Position numbers and translations under genes: made by a program. The notes under the pieces are model-generated. The model was not told the DNA's origin and did no database searches. It worked only from the letters and a program-made list of their open reading frames with translations. Positions 47,139 to 59,405 of a stretch of DNA of 64,000 nucleotides are shown piece by piece. Every line of letters begins with the position of its first letter. The stretch's first letter is position 1. The DNA comes from Zootoca vivipara (Eukaryota). The stretch is taken from assembly GCF_963506605.1 (NCBI RefSeq), contig NC_083288.1:45260001-45324000 (forward strand). Direction: 5' to 3'.

Positions 47139-50100
47139 ATGGTGAGGCTCTTGATGCTGCTGGTGCCTCACACAATATGTGAAGTCAGGACAACGAAGTG
47201 CCCTGCAGCTGATCCAATCCTTGTGCCCCATGAATGGGGCCAAGCAGGGGACCTCTTCATTGGTGGGATTGTTACTCAGAGCACCTACGTTTTTAATGAA
47301 GTTTCATTCAAGGAACATCCTTCTCAGGAGCTGTTTGACATTCCACAGTAAGCAAGAATATTCCCACAACCCTTATTTTAGATGCGCTCCCCTGAATCAG
47401 CAAAGAACAATAACAAACAGCTTTGCATGTGTGATCATATGTTCAAAAAAAATTATTGATTGATTGATTGATTGAATTTATACCTTGTTCTATACCTGGA
47501 GGTCTTGTTGGAGTTCACAGTCTACGTGCAACTTGGCAAGTGAGCAATTAGCGTTTTGACTACAGGCTAGGGAGACAGAGCACGGGGGAAATTTGCCTGG
47601 AGATAAGAGGACCTAGAATAGTTCCGTGATTGGCTGAGGGATCTCATATAGGCAGCATGACCTATGACATTGTTTATCTAGTTAGGAGTATTCTGGAGTA
47701 CTTGGAGAGTGATGAAGTTTGTACCTGTATATAGTAACTTGCATATAGCTTGTGAGTTTACTGCCGCATATAATAAACTACAATAGCAAGTTACTAGTCA
47801 TCAGCATGGTTCCTGAATGTTGTCCTGATACATTTTTAAAGGGCATAGCTCCTTCCGATGCTTACTGAAATTGAGAGCAAGACAAAGGTGGAGAGGCAGG
47901 TATCTGTGCTAAATTGGCACCTCAGAAAGCAACAGTCAACCTTATATTCCCTTGTTAATCAAATTAATATATATATATATATATGTATATGTATGCTAAC
48001 TGATTTGAAACACGAGTGAATAGAGAGCTAAATAAAACCAACATATTTTTAAAAATCAATTTTTATTAATTTTTTCACTTACAAACCAATCATATCATAT
48101 CAATTATACAAATTATACAAATATAATAAAACCAACATATTGACAAAAGCATAGAGGACTCCTGCAACACATTAAAGACTTAACAATACTTTATTCCATA
48201 AGCTTGTGTGGACCCCCATCATGTTCAGGAGATGAGTCATCCTCAGTAGTTTCAGGTTCACAGGAATACATGTTGTTGTTTAGCCATTTAGTTGTGTCCG
48301 ACTCTTCGTGACCTCATGGACCAGAGCACGCCAGGCACTCCGGTCTTCCACTGCCTCCCGCAGTTTGGTTAAACTCATGTTGGTGGCTTCGAGAACACTG
48401 TCCAACCATCTCATCCTCTGTCGTCCCCTTCTCCTTGTGCCCTCCATCTTTCCCATCATCAGGGTCTTTTCCAGGGAATCTTCTCTTCTCATGAGGTGGC
48501 CAAAGTATTGGAGTCTCAGCTTCACGATCTGTCCTTCCATTGAACACTCAGGGCTGATTTCCTTCTGGGTGGATAGGTTTGATCTTCTTGCAGTCCATGG
48601 GACTCTCAGGAGTCTCCTCGAGCACCATAATTCAAAAGCATCAATTCTTCGGCATTCAGCCTTCTTTATGGTCCAGCATATGGTCCACATATAAATATAT
48701 AAAGCAGAGAGGCATGGTGCAGGAGTTCCATCAGAGGGAAAGGAAATGCCAAAATGCAGATAATGAAAATACAGTAATATAATAAATGTAAGGATATAAA
48801 GCCACTGATGAGATGGGGAAATAAGTTCATTCTGCTAGGATGCTTAGAATTGAAAGTGCAATGGAGAAACCATGAAAGGAGCAGGTGTGTCAAACATAAA
48901 TTGTAGAATGCAAATAACACTGCTCTCCTTGACCATAAAACAGATTTGGGCTTAATATGTTTTAAGAACATGTATAGAGCATAACAGTCTCATGCACTGA
49001 AATTGCAGAGGAGAAACCAAAAAAATAGCAGGTGTGTCAAAGATACACTGCAGATCACAAATACAATTTTAGCTGAATGTGTTTTTTGAATAGGAAGAGG
49101 ACATAACAGTCTCATGCACTAAAGTATTTTCCCTCCCTTTTTATATCTTCCCTATTAACAGTGTAACCACAAAGTTCTATCAGAACATCCTGGCCATTGT
49201 GTTTGCCATAAAAGAGATCAATGACAATCCGAAGATCTTGCCCAATGTCACCCTTGGCTTCCACATCTATGACAGCTACTTTGATGCGAGAATGACCTAT
49301 CGGACCACTTTGGACCTTCTCTTCAAATGGCAAATATTTGTCCCCAACTACAAATGTGACACTCAGAAAAACGTCATGGCTGTGATTGGGGGACTTTATT
49401 TTGACACCTCTATCTACATGGCAGATGTCTTAAGTCTCTACAGGGTTCCACAGGTAGAATCAGTGCATAGGGGAATGGGGGAAAATTTCTTTTGACAATC
49501 TTTGATTCAGAAGGAAAAGAGAAATATGTGTAAAAGAGAAATAACCTGGAAATTGCATTATTTCCCCTTAACTAGAAATTCAGCCAGTATTTTTTAAAAA
49601 AATAATAATTAGAATTGTGCCTACAAATTTCTTAAGGAAATATTCTGCTAAATTTTCATTTTCTTTTAGCTCACCTATGGCTCATTTGCTTCAGAGGAGA
49701 GTCAATCAATGCAGAAGTCTTTTTACACCATGGTCCCAAATGAAGACCTTCAATATGTAGGGATTATCCGGTTACTTCAGTATTTCAGATGGAAGTGGGT
49801 CGGGCTCTTTGTTGCAAAATATGACAGCGGAGATCAATTTTTGAGGATCCTGGACCCATTGTTTAGTCAGAATGGAATCTGTTCAGCCTTCACAAAAAGA
49901 ATCTCACTTCAAGTTCGTCTAGAGGACATGGAAAAAACATTTGCTGAAATGGACGGTATTTATGAAGCTCTCACAGATGAAAAGACCCGTACACTTATCA
50001 TCTATGGAACAGATGGGGCAATTGCATGGCTGAGAACTGCTGTCCTTATAATAGATAATAGACCTCATCAAAATGCATCATTTGGAAACGTCTGGATCGT

Positions 50101-53100
50101 GACAGCCCAGATAGATTTTGTATCATTTGGAAGTCAGAGGACCTGGGATTTTCAGCTGTTCCAAGGTGCCCTTTCCTTTACAATTCACTCAGAAGAGCTT
50201 CCAAAGTTCAACCACTTCCTTCAGAACATCCAAATGCACAGGACCAAAGCAGATGGCTTTTGGAAGGACTTCTGGGAGCAGGCATTTGACTGTTTCTATC
50301 CAGATCCTGGTATGCCTGTCATGGATGATGGAACGTGTACTGGAGAGGAGAGGCTGGAAAGTCTCCCTGCAGGTGTTTTTCAAATGCACATGACTGGGCA
50401 GAGCTACAGTATCTACAATGCTGCCTATGCTGTAGCTCACGCATTGCATGCCATTTCCTCATCCAAATCTCCACACAGAGCAATGACTGTTGGTTACAGT
50501 GTTGGATTTCCATCTCTGCAGCCTTGGCAGGTAATGTTGCAGAGCCAAATATTCTCATGTCAATGGACTGATTAGCAGAAGGACAGGAAGTTGCTTTATA
50601 CTAAGTTAGGCCTCACATCTGTTTCAGTATTGTGTACACTGTCTGGGTTGGGCTCTCCAGGGTTTGAGACAATATGAGATTCCCAGTGTCACCGGAAGAT
50701 TCTGGAGATTGCATCTGGGCCCTTTTCATGCAAGGAGATGCTCAACCAGGGAGCTGCTACCCTTTATAGCCCCTCTTCTCGTATGTTAAAAAAAGAGCTG
50801 GCAAAGTATTCTGCATCTTAGTCATGGCAGACCCTCCAAGTGCCCCTATTTTCCAGGGATGTCCCGGATTTAGGGAAGCCATTCCAGTTTCTGATTTGAT
50901 TCTGGAATGTCTCAGTTTTCCTTAGCATGTCCCTATTTTCATTGATGAAATGTTAGAGGGTATGGAGTTATTCAATCCCCAAGCCCTCTGAAGTCAATCC
51001 TGTATAGAAAAGCTTTTTTTCAATGTTTAATATTTTATTATGTTTTTATATATGTTGGAAGCTGCCAGGAGTGCTCAATAGTAAAGTTGTCATTATGGAA
51101 TGGGACATCCCTATATTCATCAGAGAAATGTTGGAGGGTATGTCATGGTTACAGTCTTGCTAGTTTACATTTCGTCTCGTAACATTTCATCTTGTAACTT
51201 GACCTTGGAATCTGTTTCAATTGGGAACCTCAAATAATCTGATTCTTCTTTTTTAAAACAACAACAGATCAATTCATTTCTTCAAGGCGTTTCATTTAAC
51301 AACTCAGCTGGTGAAATGGTATCATTTAATGCTAAAAGGGAAATGAAAGGAGGATTTGATATCATGAATCTGGTCACATTCCCAAACACGTCTTTCCAGA
51401 GAGTGAAAGTTGGATGGGTGGATCTCAGTGATAGAGGAGCTAAAGAGTTAATCATCAAAGAGGACAAAATTATATGGCACCAAAGTTTTAACCAGGTAGG
51501 GATTGTGGGAACCTCTCTGCAGAAACGGTGGAAACTTTCTGCCATTTCCTCTTCTGTCTGATATTGCTTTGCAAGAAAGGGTACAAAAAATATTTAAGAG
51601 TGCTTGGAGAGCAGGTAGAAGGTCTTTTTCTTTTTGCTGAATATTGAAAACTGATCTTGCTCCTTCTATGCCTCCGCCCCCCATGATTGATTTCAAGTCC
51701 TTCATCCCTTCTCAGTCTGTCTAATCCAGGCATCCCCAACCTTCGCACCTCCAGATGTTTTGGACCACAATTCCCATCATCCCTGACCACTGGTCCTGTT
51801 AGATAAGGATCATGGGAATTGTAGGCCGAAACATCTTGAGGGCTGCAGGTAAGGGATGCCTGGTCTAATCAGTCACATTCATGGACTTCCTGGTCAACTA
51901 TCATGATCTGGCTAATGTTTAAATGCATTTAACAGGACATGCCAATGGGATATGGATAAAACAGATTTTCCGGGTCCCTTTCAATTTCATTTTAGGCTCA
52001 GTTTTGACACGGAAACTTCTTTGGACAATCTGTGTGATGAGAGATTGGGTGCATTTCCATGTTAATTCTGTATATGACCTCAACACCTAGAGATAGCATC
52101 AATCACGACATCCTTCAGGATGTCCTCCTTAGATGGTTGTTTTCAGAGGGTGGTTTTTGAGGAGTGTGGTTCTGCCCCATGCGTTGTGTTCTGCGGACTA
52201 TTTCTTTCTGCACCATGTTGTTTTACATCTATATGAACCTGCTCACTCATCTGGAGATTTGGAATGCATCGGAATGGAGTGTATGAGAGTTAATAAACAG
52301 ACGCTGAATCCCAACAGGATTAAAGCACTGTTAGTGCCATCCTAGACAGAATAGATGGGAGGTGCCCTGGTCTTCTTGAGGCTTAAGTGGCCTTCTGTTG
52401 CGTACAATCTGGTAACCTTAAAATTAGGTTATTTCAATGTATTAAGGGTGGGGGGCTTTGACAATTCAGTGATTAGCATGCTCCCTGCAGCAAGACTGTG
52501 TGAGCACATAACATCAATCCTGACCTGACTACACCAAATATCAATTACTTTCTGAGTTCAGTTCAAAGTTCCTGATTTGGCAGAGGAGCCCAATATCTCA
52601 AGGGATTCCTCTCCCCCATATGAATGGTCTGAGATCCTGCAGTCAGAGGCCCTTTTCTATGCACCCATTCCACAGGAGGTCCAAAGGGTGGGAACATGAT
52701 GCAAACCTGACATTACAAATCCCTCTATTCCAATTTTGCAATCAATATTACATTGACAGTGCGCTGATAATGAAGTTACCTTCGCAAACAGGGCTAATAT
52801 TGCTTTCAAAACAACAAAAACAAAGCACAGCAGAAGAACCGAACAGAGCAAGAAAAGTGCTTAAAGGTTCAATATGTAGGTGCATAAATCCTATTACAAG
52901 TTGCTGAAACATAATGTGACTCTGTGGGTGACCAATATGAAAGCTCCTTCACTCCGAACTCCTCTCTCATTTTTGTACAGGTGCTCCCCCTTTCTTTGTG
53001 CAATGAACCCTGCCACACTGGTCATCAGAAGAAAACAAAGGAAGGGGAAAAATTTTGTTGCTATGATTGTGCTCCATGCCCAGAGGGGAAGATTTCAAAC

Positions 53101-56028
53101 CAGACTGGTAGGTAAAGCTCTTGCATCCTGATGACCAAATAAAAAGACTGACAAGCAAGGTGGGCTTTAGCTGGGCCAATTTTATTTAGTGAACACATCA
53201 AGATCAGCAGAATAGGATAAATTCAAAAGGAAGAACTGTAGCCATTGGGTCACACAAATTGAATCCTTGCCTATCTGGTCAGTTTTGGAGCAGAAATTCA
53301 ATACACAAATCCTCAATCAAAAAAGCCTATAACATGTTAGCATTTGTCGCCCCCAGAGCAAGGACAAAGCCAGTGCAATTATCTGCGGTTGCTCTCAGCT
53401 TGATGAACAACACACACAAGCCATTGAATAAGGCTAAACTGCTTTATTGTGGCAAAATGCAGAATCTGTCTCTGTTTGTCCAGCTCAGACATTCAGAGCT
53501 GACATTCAGAGCTGTTTTCAGATACTCCCCAAATTTTTCCCAGTTGTAATTAAATTTCTTATTGCTACCCCCCCCATTTCTTATTGCTACCCCCCCATTG
53601 AATTTGTCAATTTTGCCAGATCTACATAACTAATCACCTTTTCTTGCCAGTCTCTAATACTAGGAATTTCTTGCTTTTTCCATAATTTGGCAATTAAAAT
53701 TCTTGCCGGTGCCCCTGCATATAGAAATACCTTTTCATCCTGTTTGGATATCTCTTCGTTTATCATTCCTAATAAGAGAGACTCAGGAGTTTTTTTTATA
53801 TTATATTTAAATATTTTATTCAATTCCTCTAATATCTCGTTTCAAAAAGGTTTTATTTTTTCACAATGCCATCATACGTGTAGAAAGGTCCCCACCTCCT
53901 TTTGGCATCTCCAGCACCAATTATCTTTAACTTTATACATTTTGTGATTTTTATCTGGCGTCAGGTACCACTTATAAAACATCTTGATCAATTTTTCCCC
54001 AATTCCCTCTCATGCCGTGAATTTCCATGATACCTTCCAGATACTTTCCCAGCTTTCCATTTTGATGGGTTTCCCTAAGTCCATTGCCCATTTCGTCATA
54101 GTTTCCTTAACCACTTTCTATGAATTTCTAAGAGGAGTTGCTGTTTTCTGTAGCACACAGTGGTAGTTAGAAATGCCGGCTGCTTCTGGCTGTCCTGTTG
54201 ATGCCAAGAGTGCCAGCTTGGCCAGCATCTGCTGCAATTTTAACCCCTTGATTGCCATGCAGGCTTTGCCGGTCAAGGGTTTGTTGGAGTCCACTTTAAT
54301 TGCAATGCTATTAGCTGTTGCAGTATAAGGATCAAAGTTTCTGCAGACAGAAAACAAACCACTTAATAATTAATAATAATAATAATTTATTCCCCACCCA
54401 TCTGGCCGGGTTTCCCCAGCCACTCTGGGCGGCTTCCAACAAAAGATTTAAAATACATTAAAACATCAGTCATTAAAAAATTCCCTAAACAGGGCTGCCG
54501 TCAGACGTCTCCTAAATGTCAAATAGTTGTTTATTTCTTTGACAACTGATGGGAGGGCATTCCACAGCGTGGGCTCCACCACCAAGAAGGCCCTCTGTCT
54601 GGTTCCCTGCAACCTCACTTCTCGCAGGAAGGGAACTGCCAGAAGGCCCTCAGAGCTGGACCTCAGTGTCCAGGCGGAACGATGGGGGCCCAGTATACTT
54701 GGAGAGGTCAGGTGATATACCTGTAGTTGTGGGGGGGGGGCAGGAGACTTGGTATGGGAAATTATCTCTGCATCCCTCCTCCTCCGGGGAGTGACTTGGG
54801 CTCAGCTTCGTAGGGTCAGGGAGCCACCTTCCACGCTTTCACTTGATAAATGGGATGCTAACAGAACAGATAAGCTCCAAGTTTGTTAATTATTGTTATC
54901 TCGTAGCTCAACATTCTTCTGCTCTCCAGCTTCCAGGTTAAAAGAACACTTGGTAGTTAATAAAATACTTGGTTTAAAACAAGTTAAAATCAATTAAAAC
55001 TCGATTAAAATCTGTGGAGCTCTGGAGCTGACTGCCTGGCCTGATGCCATCATAACCCGAAGCTTGTTGTTATAGGTCAGATGAATTGGAGCTGAATTTC
55101 TGTTTAACCTTTCTTATGTTTCTCAGATATGGACGCATGTTTCAATTGCCCAGAAGATCAATATCCAAACAAGAAGGGAAATGGATGCATCCCCAAAGTT
55201 ATACATTTCTTGTCCCATAAAGAACCTTTAGGGATCACTTTAGCCTCACTTAGTGTCTTATGTTCTTTGATTACTGCTTTGGTGTTGGCTATTTTTATCC
55301 AGCACAATGATACCCCCATAGTCATAGCCAACAACCGAGATCTCACCTACACTCTCCTGGTCTCCCTCCTGCTCTGCTTCCTCTCCTCTTTGCTTTTCCT
55401 CGGCCAACCTGGCAAAGTGACCTGCCTTCTCCAACAAACTGCTTTTGGCATCATCTTTTCCATAGCTGTTTCTTGTGTGTTGGCAAAGACCATCATTGTT
55501 TCTCTAGCATTCATAGCCACAAAGCCAGGATCCAAGATGAAGAAATGGGTGGGAAAGAGGCTGGCTCATTCCATTGTCCTTTCAGCTTCCCTCATTCAAG
55601 TTGGCATCTGTACTCTGTGGCTGACAACGTCTCCTCCCTTCCCTGATCTAGACATGCATTCAGTAGCTGAAGAAACCATTGTGCAATGTAATGTTGGGTC
55701 TGTCACCATGTTCTATTGTGTCTTAGGCTACATGGGCCTCTTGGCCCTCACCAGCTTCATTGTGGCCTTCCTGGCCCGCAAGTTACCTGACAGTTTTAAC
55801 GAAGCCCAGTTCATCACCTTCAGTATGTTAGCATTTTGCAGTGTTTGGATCTCTTTTGTTCCCACCTACCTGAGCACAAGAGGGAAACACATGGTGGCTG
55901 TGGAGATCTTCTCCATCTTGGCCTCCAGTGCTGGGTTACTGGGTTGCATCTTTTCCCCAAAATGCTATATCATTGTGCTGAGACCAGAACTGAACAGCAG
56001 GAATCAATTAATATGGAGAAAGGATTAA
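47139..56028 (+). CDS. Vomeronasal type-2 receptor, gene E (872 aa, intact)
   Basis: Exons 47139-47347, 49162-49453, 49670-50530, 51268-51495, 52981-53107 and 55127-56028, all GT-AG, 2619 nt open. Confidence 0.92.
48271..48677 (-). mobile_element. BovB 3' fragment in intron 1 of gene E
   Basis: [32 protein letters not shown]...[16 protein letters not shown] with a (CAA)n tail. Confidence 0.9.
53595..54115 (-). mobile_element. L1 ORF2 C-terminal fragment
   Basis: YKWYLTP..., [28 protein letters not shown]. Confidence 0.7.
54365..54690 (-). mobile_element. L2 3' fragment
   Basis: (TAA)n run, CCCCAGCCACTCTGGGCGGC terminus, [14 protein letters not shown]-like frame. Confidence 0.7.
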
Positions 56029-57582
56029 GCCATTCGTCTGCCCTCATCATACCCCAATGTCTGTTGAAGAAGGCAGTTGGGAGAAAATACATGCACACAA
56101 CATTAGTTATAGACATTCATTTTAAAGTTATCATTACATTTCACTACAAAGTTTAAGGTGCATTTCAATTTCCCTGTTACGGTACATAACCAAATACTTT
56201 GTTCAGCTGTCTCACATGTTGACTTGTTCCATGATGATATATTGGTATTTAAAGGATATTTTAAAAAGCTGAATTTCTGTACATCACATAAATATTTTTG
56301 ATTGTGATATAATGGACTCCCTTTTCCACTCAGGCCTTCTTTGGATATTGACAGCTATGATGGGTTCCTTCATTACTGTATCAGAATTTCTCATTTTATT
56401 AGTTGAAAAAACAAAAACAAAAATTGTGTTTTATTCCATGTGTTGTGGATTCTTTCTATTTCTTTTCTTTGGAAGAGTTTTTCAACAAAGAGAAGTTGTG
56501 TTTGGAGAAAACACTCAGTATCATCTCTCTCCGTTTCTTGTTCTTTTGAACTTTAATCCATCTTTCGTTTCCAAGACAAATTGAAATATACTCATATTTC
56601 AAAAAAACAAAAAACAAAAAACAAAAACCAACCCTCATGATTTTTTCTGTGTTTCAGGAGTCCTCCCGTCTTCACTCATCATAACATTTTTCATAGTCTT
56701 TGAGATGTTTTACAATCAATAGAATTGTATAATTTTTTTATGAAATCAATAAACAAGTGCCCTAACATCTCTTGTACAAAGTGGCTGGGAGGAGATACAT
56801 TCATATAATATTAGTCAAAGTTATTCAATTTTAAATTATTACAAAGTCTGTCCAGACAGTTTGCCTTGCATTTTCGTTTCCTTCTTAGTTCATATCACCA
56901 CATGCTTGCTTCAGGTGTCTCCCAAGAGGACCTGCTCCATGACTGAATCTTGGTATTGGAATGCTGCAGATTAGGCTAAATTTCTCTAAATCACATGCAT
57001 ATTGTTGATTTCAATATGATAACCACCCTTTTCCATTCAGGTATTCATTGAGTGTTAGTACCTGATCTGGGTTCCTACATTGATGTATCAGGTTTTCTGA
57101 TTTTATGAGTTGATTTTTAAAAAAATGATTGTGTTTTATTACATGTGCTATGGTTTGAAATGTTCTGTTTGTCCACTCTGGAACTGTCTTTGCAATAAAT
57201 AGGAGTTGGGGGTGGATGAAGTTGTGAGTTTCACTTCCATTTCCCCCCCCCCCAAGTTCAGAGTCTGGGGTCCTTCCTCAGAATGTCATTGAAGGTTTTT
57301 GTGGGTGCCACATCAGCTGTGGACTCCTGGTGGGCCACCCACACATTATACTGTGGAGAAACTCTCAAAACATTGGGTATAAAATTATTACCTGACCGAG
57401 GTGCCAACTTGAATAAAATATTGGGGTGGGGAAGGTAAGCGCTACCCCACATAATCAATCACATGGCACGGCACACACATAGCATTTGAATGGCCATGCC
57501 CATCAACTGAGGGGGGGCAATCAAATTTTATTGGAGGGGGGGCTTCTATGTTAACAGACAGACAGACAGATATAGATATAGA

Positions 57583-57853
57583 TGCTCACTGGCAGGACAG
57601 ATCATGAAGCTGAGGCTCCAATACTTTGGCCACCTCATGAGAAGAGAAGACTCCCTGGAAAAGACCCTGATGCTGGGGAAGATGGAGGGCGCCAGGAGAA
57701 GGGGACGACAGAAGATGAGAAGGTTGTACAGTGTTCTCGAAGCTACCAACATGAGTCTGACCAAACTGCGGGAGGCAGTGGAAGGCAGGAGTGCCTGGCG
57801 TGCTCTGGTCCATGGGGTCACGAAGAGTCGGACACGACTAAACGACAACAACA
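57583..57853 (+). mobile_element. BovB 3' fragment
   Basis: [26 protein letters not shown]...[11 protein letters not shown]. Confidence 0.9.
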
Positions 57854-57867
57854 AATAGATATAGATA

Positions 57868-58055
57868 CAGTGGTACCTTGGTTTATGAACACAATTGGTT
57901 CCGGAAGTCTGTTCATAAACGGAAGCGTTCGTAAACTGAAGCGAACTTTCCCATTGAAAGTAATGGAAAGTGAATTAATCCATTCCAGATGGGTCCGCGG
58001 CGTTCGTAAACCGAAAATTCGTAAACTGAGGTGTTCATAAACCGAGGTTCCATTG
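57868..58055. mobile_element. Tigger-like MITE (same family as 15912-16295)
   Basis: TA-CAGTGGTACCT...GAGGTTCCATTG-TA. Confidence 0.75.
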
Positions 58056-58123
58056 TATAGATAGATGATAGATAAAAAAAGATCATATTTCTTGCTTTTA
58101 GACTATGGAATCATTTGGGGATA

Positions 58124-58365
58124 CAGTGGTACCTCAGGTTACAAATGCTTTAGGTTACAAACACTTCAGGTTACAGACTCCGCTAACCCAGAAATAGTAC
58201 CTCGGGTTGAGAACTTTGCTTCAGGATGAGAACAGAAATCACCCTCTGGCGGTGCGGCAGCAGTGGGAAGCCCCATTAGCTAAAGTGGTGCTTCAGGTTA
58301 AGAACAGTTTCAGGTTAAGAACGGACCTCTGGAACGAATAAAGTTCTTAACCAGAGGTACCACTG
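58124..58365. mobile_element. Tigger-like MITE, second family
   Basis: TA-CAGTGGTACCTC...GAGGTACCACTG-TA perfect TIR. Confidence 0.8.
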
Positions 58366-58370
58366 TATAG

Positions 58371-58812
58371 CTTACCTTCCAAGTCCCGGACTGCAGAATC
58401 CGGGACCGGCTGCCATGTGACACCGGAAGTTGCGTCGACGTAACTTCCGGTGTCGCTTTGCCCTTCTATGGGCACCCAAAAGGGCCGCCGGCGGCTTCAA
58501 AAGTAGCATATGCGCATGACCGGAAGTGTGTTGACGCAACTTCCGGTGTCGCCCCGCCCATCAATGGGCACCAAAATGGCCGCCGCTGTCACCGGAAGTC
58601 GCAGCTACGCACTTCCGGTCATGCGTAGATGCGACTTTTGAAGCGGCCATTTTTTGTGCCCATAGAAGGGCAAATCAGAAAGGGGGAAAAATGGCCGCCG
58701 GCAGGAGAAAATAACGGAGAAAAACGGGAGATGAAGTGATATGGGGGACCACCGGGAAAAGGTAAATAAAAACGGGGGTTTCCCGGGGAAAACGGGAGAC
58801 TTGGCAGCTATG
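58371..58812. mobile_element. hAT-type MITE with 8-bp TSD
   Basis: TSD CTGTATAG at 58363-58370 and 58813-58820. Imperfect TIRs (CTTACCTTCCAAGTC / GACTTGGCAGCTATG) and CpG-rich internal palindromes. Confidence 0.7.
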
Positions 58813-59405
58813 CTGTATAGCATTTCTTTATGTCCTCAGGCAAGATGCTGGCTGTGCTATAGGCTACCACTTTCTGTTGGGTGTTTACTCACCATAGAAC
58901 TCTGCACTTAAATTCCCCTGTCTCAGTCCTTCAAGGAGCAGACTCAACCTCCTTTTTCTATCTGAATTTTTAAAGATACGTTTCTGATCAAAAGTGCCAC
59001 TCAAAGTCCAAGATCCAATGAAGTAATTATCTCCCTCCTCAATTATCCAGATTGCACACAATAATTTGTTCAGCTAGACAGAGCTCTCGGGGGTTTCCTA
59101 AGGACATCTGAAAACAGTCAACAACCCAGCATAGTAAGAGCATTAAATATGCTCCTGTGCCAGTGAGATTTAGGAGTGTTGCATAGTGATGAGAGAGAGG
59201 TTTTACTGGTTTTGTTACTGTCAACACTTCTTTTTTATTCTCATTTAGTTTTATTAATAATTTAAGTTCATATTCAAAATATTTCTACGTCTGCTGATGT
59301 TTAAGAGAAAGTTAAAGTGCAACCACCAACACAGTCAAAGTCAGACAGGAGATGTATTTGGAAACAGAGGAACCTGCATCTTCCAAGAGATTTTTTGAAG
59401 CTACC

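Noticed and set aside
47505-47830. Possible solo LTR in gene E intron 1 (similar candidates at about 53335-53560 and 54700-55060)
   Set aside because: Termini and TSD could not be defined by eye.
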